From: Desulfobacterales bacterium
GTDB taxonomy: Bacteria; Desulfobacterota; Desulfobacteria; Desulfobacterales; UBA5852
Length of the DNA stretch: 64,000 bases
Assembly (NCBI GenBank): GCA_963674755.2
Contig: CAXXVS010000003.1
Location: 1,152,001-1,216,000, forward strand
Direction of reading: 5' to 3'
A program made the position numbers and the translations under genes. The notes under the pieces were generated by a model. That model ran no database searches and had not been told where the DNA came from. It saw only the letters and a program-made list of their open reading frames with translations. This document shows positions 49,052 through 58,451 of the stretch, piece after piece. The first letter of the stretch is position 1. Every line of letters starts with the position of its first letter.

Positions 49052-50176
49052 CTACCTTAAAGTTTCGAGGTAGTCTCGATAGGTAGCCTCGATGCCTGCC
49101 CGTAAGGATATGGCCGGACGCCAGCCGAGCCGCTTGAGGCGCGAGACGTCGAGCCGTTTCCGGGGGGTGCCGTCGGGCCGGGATGCATCCCAGGCGATAT
49201 CGCCGCCATAACCCACCACTTGGCGCACCAGGTCGGCCAGTTCCCGGATGGTCTGGTCCTCACCTGTGCCCACATTGAGCAGATAGGTTTCCGGCCGCAG
49301 ATTTGGCGTCTCCTCCTCCGATCCTCCGGACGAGGGCGCGCAGACCCGAGCCAGGGCCTGTTCCGGCCGGGCCATGATAAAAAGGCAGGCCGCCGCCAGG
49401 TCGTCCACATGCAGGAATTCGCGGTAGGGCGTTCCGGTGCCCCACAGCACCAGTTGCGGTTTAGGCCCTTCCCGGGCTGCAGCTACGCCGTCGGCCACCG
49501 CCGAAGGAATTCCCAGGTGTGCCCGCAGATCATCGGGCAGGGGGCCGTGACAGTGTTCGTCCCGGGCAATGGCCGCCCAGTCTTGCTGCACCGCCAGTTT
49601 GGCCAGGTGGCACTTGCGGATGAGGGCCGGCAGGACGTGGGAGGTTTCCAGATCATAGTTGTCGTTGGGACCGTATAGATTGGTGGGCATCACGGCCCGG
49701 AAGTGGGTCCCGTACTGGCGGTTGTAGGATTCACACAGCTTGATACCGGCGATCTTGGCAATGGCGTAGGGTTCGTTGGTGGGCTCCAGCCAGCCTCCCA
49801 GGAGAGCCTCCTCCCGCATGGGCTGGGACGCCATTTTGGGATAGATGCAGGAACTCCCCAGAAAAAGAAGTTCCCTTACGCCGGACTGGTGGGCGGCGTG
49901 GATCACATTGGTTTGGATCATCAGGTTCTGGTAGATGAATTCCGCGGGGAAGGCGTTGTTGGCCTGGATGCCGCCCACCCGGGCGGCGGCCAGAAAAACG
50001 CAATCCACAGGAGTTTCCGCGAAAAATTGGCCCACGGCCTGCTGGTCGGTCAGATCCAGGGCGGCATGGGAACGGGTAATGACGTTGTGAAACCCTTCCC
50101 GCGCCAGGCCGCGCTGCAGGGCGGCCCCCACCATGCCGCCGTGCCCCGCCAGAAAAATGCGCGTATCAGTGTTCAT
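49052..50176 (-). CDS. fcl: GDP-L-fucose synthase
   Basis: AGHGGMVG, GSSCIYP, YAIAK, MPTNLYGP, SHVLPAL. Confidence 0.93.
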   Translation of the reverse strand: MNTDTRIFLAGHGGMVGAALQRGLAREGFHNVITRSHAALDLTDQQAVGQFFAETPVDCVFLAAARVGGIQANNAFPAEFIYQNLMIQTNVIHAAHQSGVRELLFLGSSCIYPKMASQPMREEALLGGWLEPTNEPYAIAKIAGIKLCESYNRQYGTHFRAVMPTNLYGPNDNYDLETSHVLPALIRKCHLAKLAVQQDWAAIARDEHCHGPLPDDLRAHLGIPSAVADGVAAAREGPKPQLVLWGTGTPYREFLHVDDLAAACLFIMARPEQALARVCAPSSGGSEEETPNLRPETYLLNVGTGEDQTIRELADLVRQVVGYGGDIAWDASRPDGTPRKRLDVSRLKRLGWRPAISLRAGIEATYRDYLETLR

Positions 50177-50200
50177 ACTAGATTGCCTTCTTACAATTTC

Positions 50201-50343
50201 GAATTGGTTTCAAAGCGTCAGATCACGTTCGAGGGCAAGGCGCAGCCTGATGAAAAAGCGCAGCATATATAGCATATGTGAGCATTTTGAAGAAGGCGGC
50301 AACGCCGCCATTCGGACGTTAGATGATGCTTTGAGACCAATTC
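50201..50343. repeat. ERIC-like element with 20-bp terminal inverted repeats
   Basis: gaattggtttcaaagcgtca...gcaaggcg...gcagcatat-atagc-atatgtgagc...caacgccgc...tgatgctttgagaccaattc. Confidence 0.75.
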
Positions 50344-50346
50344 TGG

Positions 50347-51462
50347 TTATTCGGTGTGCCGGGCCACCGGAAACCCGGCAATGTCACACAACCGGTCCCG
50401 ATCGGCGCCCTTCAGGTCTTCCTGCACCATGGCGCCCACCAACGCCTCAAAAGAGACCCGAGGCGCCCAGCCCAACACCTCCCGCGCTTTGCTGGCATCC
50501 CCCTGGAGATATTCCACTTCGGTGGGCCGGAAATAGGTGGGGTCGATGCGCACCACCGTATCACCCGGACGCAAGGCGCTGCCCTTGCCGCCGTCGACGG
50601 CGTCCACGATACCCATTTCCTCGATGCCCTCACCTTCCCAGCGCAGACCGACGCCCACCTCGGCAAAGGCCGCGGCCACGAGTTCCCGCACCGAATGGAC
50701 CTGCCCGGTGGCGATCACAAAATCATCGGGCTGGTCCTGCTGCAGGATGCGCCACATGGCATCGACATAGTCCCGGGCATGTCCCCAGTCCCGGTGGGCT
50801 TCCAGGTTGCCGAGGTAGACGCAGCGCTGGAGCCCCATATGCATGCGTGCCACGGCCCGGGTCACCTTGCGGGTAACAAAGGTTTCGCCCCGGATGGGGG
50901 ATTCGTGGTTGAAGAGGATGCCGTTGCAGGCATACATCCCGTAGGCTTCCCGGTAGTTGACGGTGATCCAGTAGGCATACACCTTGGCGGCCCCGTAAGG
51001 GCTGCGGGGATAAAAGGGCGTCGCCTCGGTCTGGGGGGTCTCCCGCACCTTGCCGTACATCTCGCTGGTGGAGGCCTGGTAGAAGCGTACGGTCTGCTCC
51101 AGACCCAGGATGCGGATCGCTTCCAGAATGCGCAAGGTTCCCAGGGCATCGGAATTAGCCGTATACTCAGGGGTTTCAAAGGAGACTTTGACGTGGCTCT
51201 GGGCCGCCAGATTGTAAATTTCGTCCGGTCGGGTCTCCTGGATGATGCGAATCAGGTTGGTGGCGTCCGTGAGATCCCCGTAATGCATGAAAAACCGGAC
51301 GTCCTGATCGTGGGGGTCCTTGTAGAGATGATCCACGCGCCCGGTATTGAAACTGGAGGAACGCCGTTTGATGCCGTGCACTTCGTAACCCTTGGTCAAC
51401 AGCAATTCCGCCAGATAGGCCCCGTCCTGGCCGGTAATGCCGGTAATCAACGCTTTTTTCAT
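50347..51462 (-). CDS. gmd: GDP-mannose 4,6-dehydratase
   Basis: [31 protein letters not shown]. Confidence 0.96.
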   Translation of the reverse strand: MKKALITGITGQDGAYLAELLLTKGYEVHGIKRRSSSFNTGRVDHLYKDPHDQDVRFFMHYGDLTDATNLIRIIQETRPDEIYNLAAQSHVKVSFETPEYTANSDALGTLRILEAIRILGLEQTVRFYQASTSEMYGKVRETPQTEATPFYPRSPYGAAKVYAYWITVNYREAYGMYACNGILFNHESPIRGETFVTRKVTRAVARMHMGLQRCVYLGNLEAHRDWGHARDYVDAMWRILQQDQPDDFVIATGQVHSVRELVAAAFAEVGVGLRWEGEGIEEMGIVDAVDGGKGSALRPGDTVVRIDPTYFRPTEVEYLQGDASKAREVLGWAPRVSFEALVGAMVQEDLKGADRDRLCDIAGFPVARHTE

Positions 51463-51553
51463 TGGTTTGTCCAACCTTTTCAAAAGATTTAAGTGGCTTA
51501 TGGGAAGAAGATTTTCCGGAAACCGCCGAGACCCCTCGCTATCGGAGAAAATG

Positions 51554-52975
51554 TCAGCGGCCGTAGTCGTCTTCGAAGCGGGTAATGTCGTCCTCCCCCA
51601 GATAGCTGCCGGTGCGGACCTCGATAATCTCCAGGGGAATTTTCCCCGGATTGGAGAGGCGGTGCGGCATGCCGGTGGGGATGTAGGTGGATGAATCCTC
51701 CCGCAGGAGAAATTCCTCCTCGCCTCGCTCCACCAAGGCGGTTCCCTTGGCTACGATCCAGTGTTCGGCCCGGTGGTGATGCTGCTGCCGGCTGATGCGG
51801 GCCTTGGGCTTTACAACCAGGCGTTTCACCTGAAACCGCTCGGAGGCGATAATACTGTCCACCGTGCCCCAGGGGCGGTAGACCTTGCGATGGCGCTCGA
51901 CTTCCCCGCGTTTCTGTTCCGTCAAGCGGGTCACCAGATGCTTCACGTCCTGGGCCCGCTCGCGGGGGCACACAAAAACGGCATCCGCCGTTTCGACGAT
52001 GATATGGCGGTCCACCCCGACGGCCGCCACCAGACGGTGGCCGGCGTGGATGACCGATTCGGTCACATCATGGAGCAGGGTGTCGCCCCGGGCGACATTG
52101 CCGTCCCCGTCCTTGCGGCCGGCTTCCCACAAGGCCTCCCAGGATCCCAGATCGCTCCATCCGGCATCCAGGGGCAGCATGGCCCCCAGGGTGGTCTTTT
52201 CCATCACCGCATAGTCGATGGAATTGGCCGGGCAGTTCCGGAAGGCTGCCTCATCCAGACGGAAAAAATCCAGATCATCGCGGCCGGCCGCCAGGGCCGC
52301 TTCACAGGCGGCCACCATTTCCGGCACCAGGCGCTTCATTTCCGCCAGCAGGGTGGATGCGCGGAATAGGAACATGCCGCTGTTCCAAAAATAGGTACCG
52401 GAGGCCAGATAGCCTTTCGCCGTGTCCCGATCCGGCTTTTCCACAAAGCGCTCGATGGCATAGGCCGGCGCTTCGGCGAAGGAGGATGGCAGAACGGCCC
52501 CGCGCTTGATGTAGCCGTACCCTGTTTCCGGCCGCGTGGGCAGGATGCCGAAAGTGACCAGACGTCCCTCTTCTGCCAGGGCCTGTCCCGCCGCCACCAT
52601 GCGGCGAAAGCGCTCCGGGCGTCCGATATAGTGGTCGGCCGGCAGGATCAAGAGGGCGGGATCGTCCCCCCCGCAGGAGGCCCTCAGGGCGGCCACGGCC
52701 ACGGCCGGAGCGGTGTTCCGTCCTACCGGTTCCAGGATGATGGCCGCCGGCGGCACGTCGATTTCGCGCAGCTGTTCGGCAATCATAAAGCGATGGTGCT
52801 CGTTGCAGATGACCACGGGCCGGGCCAGATCGTCCAATCCGTCCAGACGGCTGAGGGTCTCCTGGATCATGGATTGCGTTCCGACAAAAGGGAGCACCTG
52901 CTTGGGATGAAGCTGCCGCGAGAGCGGCCACAAGCGGGTTCCGGCGCCCCCCGCCAGGATAACCGGTACGATCAT
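51554..52975 (-). CDS. manC: Mannose-1-phosphate guanylyltransferase / mannose-6-phosphate isomerase
   Basis: [40 protein letters not shown] cupin. Confidence 0.95.
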   Translation of the reverse strand: MIVPVILAGGAGTRLWPLSRQLHPKQVLPFVGTQSMIQETLSRLDGLDDLARPVVICNEHHRFMIAEQLREIDVPPAAIILEPVGRNTAPAVAVAALRASCGGDDPALLILPADHYIGRPERFRRMVAAGQALAEEGRLVTFGILPTRPETGYGYIKRGAVLPSSFAEAPAYAIERFVEKPDRDTAKGYLASGTYFWNSGMFLFRASTLLAEMKRLVPEMVAACEAALAAGRDDLDFFRLDEAAFRNCPANSIDYAVMEKTTLGAMLPLDAGWSDLGSWEALWEAGRKDGDGNVARGDTLLHDVTESVIHAGHRLVAAVGVDRHIIVETADAVFVCPRERAQDVKHLVTRLTEQKRGEVERHRKVYRPWGTVDSIIASERFQVKRLVVKPKARISRQQHHHRAEHWIVAKGTALVERGEEEFLLREDSSTYIPTGMPHRLSNPGKIPLEIIEVRTGSYLGEDDITRFEDDYGR

Positions 52976-53447
52976 CCGTCTATCTCCTTGGATTCAGGGA
53001 TGATGCCCGCAGCGAGCTTAGCATGCTGCGAAATGATGCAGTTTAAAAATAAATCCCTGAAAAGGCAACCGGGTTTCGCCTTGGCTGTCAACCCGGCTTC
53101 CGGAAACACTTGCCTATTTCAGGGACTGGCGGAGGAATTGTGGAATTGCATGCCGAACACCGGGATGAGGGCGGGGAGACTTGCCGTCCAAAGGTTCGGC
53201 CAGGGGTGACGGCCCACACCGCATCACTTCGCTTGGTCGGCCGGAGGAGATCCGGTATCTTGGATGGGGCATTGCTGAAAAAAAGGGGATAACGAGCGGG
53301 CAAGGCACAGGTTTGGGATTCCGGTGGCACACATGGAGTGCCCGCTCGTTATCGGATGCCTTCACACGGTGAAGACAAGTGGGGTCGGCCGGCCCGGTGG
53401 CCGGCATTTCCTGAAGCCTTGGCAGGGCATGCGCCCCCGGCACTGCT

Positions 53448-54788
53448 TCAGGAGAAAAAGATCGACGGCAGCCAGGTCACCAGCCCCGGGAAGATCGCAA
53501 TAACCAACAACCCGATCAATTGCAGGAGCACGAACGGCAGGATACCCCGGTAAATGTGCATCATGGTGTAGTCCTCGGGCGCCACCCCTTTGAAGTAGAA
53601 CAGGGCATAACCAAAGGGCGGCGTCAGGAACGAGGTCTGCAAGTTGACGCACATCAGCAGGGAAAACCACAACGGGTTGAAATCCAGCTCCATGGCAATG
53701 GGCATGAATATGGGCACCGTCACCAGGAGGATGGCCGCCCAATCGATGAACATCCCCATCAGAAAAACGATCAGCATCATGATGAGCAGGGCCACCCAGC
53801 GGTTCAACCCGCTGCCCACCAGCACGTCGGCCACCACGTCGCCGCCCCCCATGCTCAGGAAGACCGTGCTGAAAAACTTGCCCCCGATAAACAGCATCAT
53901 GACCATGGCGGTGGTCTTGAGGGTCGCAAAACAGGAGGATTTGATAACCTCCCAGGTGAATTTGCGGTTGAAAACCGCCAGGATGGCCGCCCCGGCCGCT
54001 CCCATGCCGGCCGCTTCGGTGGGGGTGGCCACGCCCGCCAGAATGGTCCCCATGACGGCCAGGATCAATGCCAGGGGGGGAATCAGGGACTTGAGCGTCA
54101 TGATCCATTTCTGGGCAGCGCTCCAGCGGGCCGCTTCCTCCCGCGAAATGGGGGGGCCGATTTCCGGCCGGAGCTGGCAGCGGACCAGGATATAGAAGAA
54201 ATAGAGTCCCGCCAGCAGCAGGCCCGGGAAGATGGCCCCGGCAAAGAGGTTGCCCACCGAGGTCTCCTTCATGCCCGTCAGGCCACCGTAGACCACCATC
54301 ATGATGCTGGGGGGGATCAGGATGCCCAGGGTACCGGCCGCGCAGATGATCCCGCTGGTGATCTCCTTCTGGTAGCCCTTCTTGAGGAGGGCCGGCGTGG
54401 CCAGCAGACCCATGGCCACCACTGAGGCGCCGATGATGCCGGTGGTGGCCGCAAAAACGGTGCACACCACCACCACGGCCAGTCCCAGCCCGCCTTTCAA
54501 ACTACCCAACACCACATAGAGGGCCTCGAAAAGCTGATCCGCCACCTTGGAGCGATCCAGCAACTGGGCCATGAGGATAAACAAAGGGATCGCCACCAGG
54601 ACGTAATTGTTCATCAGGCCCCAGGTGTTGTTGGCAAACATGTCGAACAGGGCCTGCACATTGAAGCCGTTGTCGATCAGCCCGAAAAGGGCAGCCACGG
54701 CCGCCAGGGTATAGGCGAGCGGGTGGCCGAGGCAGATGGCGAAGATCAGTGTGGCGAACATGGCCACAGTCAGGAATTCTGGACTCAT
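53448..54788 (-). CDS. dctM: TRAP transporter large permease
   Basis: GTLGILIPPS, ATPTEAA, FLTPPFG. Confidence 0.93.
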   Translation of the reverse strand: MSPEFLTVAMFATLIFAICLGHPLAYTLAAVAALFGLIDNGFNVQALFDMFANNTWGLMNNYVLVAIPLFILMAQLLDRSKVADQLFEALYVVLGSLKGGLGLAVVVVCTVFAATTGIIGASVVAMGLLATPALLKKGYQKEITSGIICAAGTLGILIPPSIMMVVYGGLTGMKETSVGNLFAGAIFPGLLLAGLYFFYILVRCQLRPEIGPPISREEAARWSAAQKWIMTLKSLIPPLALILAVMGTILAGVATPTEAAGMGAAGAAILAVFNRKFTWEVIKSSCFATLKTTAMVMMLFIGGKFFSTVFLSMGGGDVVADVLVGSGLNRWVALLIMMLIVFLMGMFIDWAAILLVTVPIFMPIAMELDFNPLWFSLLMCVNLQTSFLTPPFGYALFYFKGVAPEDYTMMHIYRGILPFVLLQLIGLLVIAIFPGLVTWLPSIFFS

Positions 54789-54817
54789 TGTCGGTTACCT
54801 CTTGATTTCCCGCTCGG

Positions 54818-55318
54818 TCAGCGCGCGCTGCGCAGCGTCTGAAAGTCGTGGATCAGGTTGGCGATACCCTGCATCAGCAGGAAGAACAGCGTCAGGGCCA
54901 TGATGAACTTGAAGGGATAGATGGGCGGCGCCCAGCTGGTGGGATTCAGCTCCCGGCCGATAATCGACAAGTAGGCGAATTTGAAAGACCAGATGGTCAG
55001 GCAGGTCATCACCGGCAGAAACAGCACCAGAGTGCAAAAAATTCCCAGGATGGCCTGGGTGCGCGTCGAAGCCCGGGCGGTGAAGATGTCGACCTTCACA
55101 TGGCCGCCGGTGACATCGCAATAGGCCAGCCCGAACATGTAGTGTATTCCGTAAAGAAAGGTCGTGGCCTCGAAGCCCCAGGTGGTGGGGGCGTTGAACA
55201 CGTAGCGCATGACCACTTCATAGACCACCACCAGCAGCAGGGGCAGCACCAGAAGGGAGCTGACCTCCCCCTGCTTGATGTTGAACGTATCGATTGCGTT
55301 GGCAATTTTTTCCAGCAT
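54818..55318 (-). CDS. dctQ: TRAP transporter small permease
   Basis: YEVVMRYVFNAPT.W, HVKVD; 4 TM. Confidence 0.9.
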   Translation of the reverse strand: MLEKIANAIDTFNIKQGEVSSLLVLPLLLVVVYEVVMRYVFNAPTTWGFEATTFLYGIHYMFGLAYCDVTGGHVKVDIFTARASTRTQAILGIFCTLVLFLPVMTCLTIWSFKFAYLSIIGRELNPTSWAPPIYPFKFIMALTLFFLLMQGIANLIHDFQTLRSAR

Positions 55319-55367
55319 GCCTTGGTTCCTTTCAAACGGCATCTTATTCGGGCCCCGGCCAATGGAC

Positions 55368-55402
55368 CGGCGGTCCGCCTCCATCGGAGGCGCGGACCGC
55401 CG
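55368..55402. terminator. GC-rich stem-loop between dctP and dctQ
   Basis: cggcggtccgc...gcggaccgccg. Confidence 0.55.
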
Positions 55403-55437
55403 ATCCGCTGCTGCAAGGCGTCAGACCGCCACCGGCC

Positions 55438-56592
55438 TTATTCGGTGGTCCGGCCGCCGATGTAGGTTTCATAGGGCCAGGGGGTAACGCCGGAACGGGC
55501 ATCGCGCCAGTCGGCGAATTCCTCGACGAAGGCTTCCTGGGAATCGAGCACTTTTTTGACATCGGGGAACTTCGCTTTGAGCCCGTCCAGGTAGGCTTTG
55601 GTGGTCTTGCGGAAACTGATCCGGGTCTCCGGATCCATGGTCACGAATTCGATCTTCTCCTTGAACTTCTTGATGGCCTTGGCATTCAGGCCGTTGATCC
55701 AGTTATAGGACCACAACTGGGTTTCCTTGGCGCAGATCTTGACGATCCATTTGAGATCCTCGGGCAGTTTGTCCCAGGCTTCCTGGTTCATGATGATATC
55801 GCATTGGAAGGCCGGCTGGTGGACGCCCGGCTCAATCGCGTATTTGGTGATTTCATCGAACCCCATCGGATAGTTGATGGCCGGGGTCGAATATTCCGCG
55901 GCATCGATGACACCGCGCTCCAGGGCCAGATAGACCTCGCCGCCGGGCAGCGGGCTGACCGAAGCGCCCAGATTGTTCATGATGTCCATGTACCAACCCG
56001 GCGTACGGATCCGCATGCCTTTGAAATCGCCCATCTTGGTGGCCCGTTTGTTCGAAAACAGGCCCATTTCCTGACCGGTCTGGCCCGCCGGCAAGGCATA
56101 CAGGTTAAAGGGCTTGTAGAGTTCCTGAAGCAGTTCGAGCCCTCCCTTTTCATAGAGCCAGATGTTGTAGCCTTCGGCATCCAATCCGAAAGGCACCGAG
56201 GCAAAGGCTACGAAGGCTTCATTTTTCCCTTTCCAGTAGAGGGGCGAGGAGTGGGCGATCTGAGCCGATCCCTGGGAGACCGCGTCAAAGGTTTGATTGG
56301 CCGGAACGAGCTCGCCAGCGGAAAAGGGTTTGATGTCCAGCCGGCCGGCGGAGGCCAGACGCACGCTGTCCGCGAAATGCACGGCGATATCGTAAAACAG
56401 CAACCCCTTGGACCAGGGCATGACCATTTTCCAGCGGATGTTCTCATCCGAGGTCTTGAACTTCACGCGTTTGGCAACGTCGTGGCGTTCGTCGGTGCCG
56501 AACTTGCCACGTTTTTCAGCGGCATTGGCCAATGTCGCGATAAACGTCAAAACGAGCAATGAAGCGATGACAAGGCAAAACGTTCGTTTCAT
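55438..56592 (-). CDS. dctP: TRAP substrate-binding protein (TakP/FcbT1-like)
   Basis: Signal peptide; FKGMRIR, GGEVYLALERGVIDAAE. Confidence 0.92.
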   Translation of the reverse strand: MKRTFCLVIASLLVLTFIATLANAAEKRGKFGTDERHDVAKRVKFKTSDENIRWKMVMPWSKGLLFYDIAVHFADSVRLASAGRLDIKPFSAGELVPANQTFDAVSQGSAQIAHSSPLYWKGKNEAFVAFASVPFGLDAEGYNIWLYEKGGLELLQELYKPFNLYALPAGQTGQEMGLFSNKRATKMGDFKGMRIRTPGWYMDIMNNLGASVSPLPGGEVYLALERGVIDAAEYSTPAINYPMGFDEITKYAIEPGVHQPAFQCDIIMNQEAWDKLPEDLKWIVKICAKETQLWSYNWINGLNAKAIKKFKEKIEFVTMDPETRISFRKTTKAYLDGLKAKFPDVKKVLDSQEAFVEEFADWRDARSGVTPWPYETYIGGRTTE

Positions 56593-56644
56593 GATTCTCC
56601 CTCACTTGTTGGGGTTTGTGTTGGACAGCCGTCCAAACCCCTTA

Positions 56645-56660
56645 ATCAACAAGCGTGCCA
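56645..56660 (-). promoter_or_regulatory. Sigma-54 promoter for dctPQM
   Basis: TGGCACGCTTGTTGAT (GG-N10-GA variant) on the minus strand. Confidence 0.7.
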
Positions 56661-56748
56661 CGCGCCGTTATCGATAAATAATGAAACATATTCAACTGGT
56701 TGTGACGTATTAGGCACCCTCTGCCCACAACGGGGGAACGGACCTCTG

Positions 56749-56968
56749 ATCCGAAAAATCAGACATCCGGGATGCGTGGCATCCCAGCCCGGAGCCGGCC
56801 CATTCGGACGTAACCCGCCAAGGCCGCCATTGGAGGGAATGGCTGTGAAAAACGTAGCCAAACAACTGGAAAGCCTGTGGGAAGGAAGACGATCGTGCGT
56901 CTTTTCGGACGGTTAAGAACGAAAGTCTGAAAAATCAGACTGCGGAGGCTGATTCCGAATTTTCAGAC
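56749..56968. promoter_or_regulatory. Three enhancer-like sites ending TCAGAC
   Basis: atccgaaaaatcagac (56749), agtctgaaaaatcagact (56924), ttccgaattttcagac (56953). Confidence 0.7.
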
Positions 56969-56999
56969 AAGGCCGTTGAAAAGGGATGAAAACAGCCGA

Positions 57000-58445
57000 T
57001 CAGAAAGGAATGCCGTGCTTTTTCAGCATGGCGTAAAAGTGGGAGCGGGACAGGCCCGAATGGCGCACCATGTCCTGGATGTCACTTCCGCTGCGGCGCA
57101 CTATGGTCTCCAGATAAAGTCTTTCCATCTGCCGCTTGAAATCCTTGAGCGGCGGGAGATCGTGGCCTGCGAGCTGCCGGCCGGCGGCATCCTCCAGCGG
57201 GGACGCTCCCCCCCGATCCCCGGCAGCCGTTCGGGCGGAAGGGGCTCCGGATGACGCCCCCACTTTCGTACGGGTCACCTGGATGCGCAGTTCCTTGGGG
57301 AGGTGCAGGGGGAAAAGCATCTGGTTGGCGCCCGCCGCGACCACGGCCTGCTCCAGGGTATGGAAGAGCTCGCGTACGTTCCCGGGCCAGCGGTAGCCCT
57401 CCAGGGTTTTGAGAAACTCGGCGTCAAACCCTTTGGGGCTGGCGTTGATCTTGGCGGCCAGACGATCGAGATAGGCCAGCGTCAACGGCCGCAGGTCCTC
57501 CCGGCGCGCTCTGAGGGGCGGCAGATGCAGGGTGATGGTTTTCAGTCGGTAGAAGAGGTCCTCCCGGAACTGTCCGGAACTCACCATGCGGGGCAAGTCC
57601 CGGTGGGTCGCCGCGATCAGGCGAAAATCGCAGGGGACTTCCTGGCTGGCCCCGACCGGCCGGACCCTTTTCTCCTGCAGGACCCGCAGAAACGCTTTCT
57701 GGGAGTTGAGGGGCAGTTCGCCGATTTCGTCCAGGAAAAGCGTGCCCTGATGGGCCTGGCGGATCAGGCCCGGCCGGTCCCGGTCCGCCCCGGTGAAAGC
57801 GCCCTTGCGATGGCCGAACAGCAGGCTCTCCAAAAGGTTTTCGGAAAGGGAGGCGCAGTCCACCACCACGAAGTCCCGGGCGGCCCGGGGGCTGTTGTGG
57901 TGGATGGTGCGGGCGAAAAGCTCTTTGCCGGTACCGGTCTCGCCCGTGATCAACACCGTGAAATCCGTGCGCGAGGCCTGAGCGATCTTCTCGAAGCAGG
58001 CTTTGATTTCAGGGCTGTGGCCGATGATATCCCGCGTATTGAGCACCTCCAGGTCATGGCGCGAGGTTTTTTCAGACCGGTAGGCCAGCGCCCGCTGGAG
58101 GCTCAGCTTGGTGTTTTTCACCGGCGAAGGTTTGACCAGGTAATCCCAGACGCCGCCCTGGATGGCCAACTCGGCGCCGTCCGGATCGCCCTTGCCGGTC
58201 AATATAATAACCTCCGGACGGGAGGGAGCTTCCTTGATTTCCGGCAAGGCGTCGATGCCGTTGCCGTCCGGCAGCCGGACATCGAGGAAAACCACATCGA
58301 AGGCCTCGTCCTGCAGCCACCGCAGCCCTTCGCCCAGGGTCTCGGCGTAGCGGCCGTCGAAGCCCATGCGCTGGACCATGCTCAGCATGGTTTCGCACAC
58401 CTGGCGGTCGTCATCGACAATGAGGATATGGGGCGTGTCCACCAT
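57000..58445 (-). CDS. Sigma-54-dependent response regulator (NtrC family)
   Basis: Receiver domain, GETGTGKE, GAFTGA, WPGNVREL, HTH. Confidence 0.95.
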   Translation of the reverse strand: MVDTPHILIVDDDRQVCETMLSMVQRMGFDGRYAETLGEGLRWLQDEAFDVVFLDVRLPDGNGIDALPEIKEAPSRPEVIILTGKGDPDGAELAIQGGVWDYLVKPSPVKNTKLSLQRALAYRSEKTSRHDLEVLNTRDIIGHSPEIKACFEKIAQASRTDFTVLITGETGTGKELFARTIHHNSPRAARDFVVVDCASLSENLLESLLFGHRKGAFTGADRDRPGLIRQAHQGTLFLDEIGELPLNSQKAFLRVLQEKRVRPVGASQEVPCDFRLIAATHRDLPRMVSSGQFREDLFYRLKTITLHLPPLRARREDLRPLTLAYLDRLAAKINASPKGFDAEFLKTLEGYRWPGNVRELFHTLEQAVVAAGANQMLFPLHLPKELRIQVTRTKVGASSGAPSARTAAGDRGGASPLEDAAGRQLAGHDLPPLKDFKRQMERLYLETIVRRSGSDIQDMVRHSGLSRSHFYAMLKKHGIPF

Positions 58446-58451
58446 GGGCGC

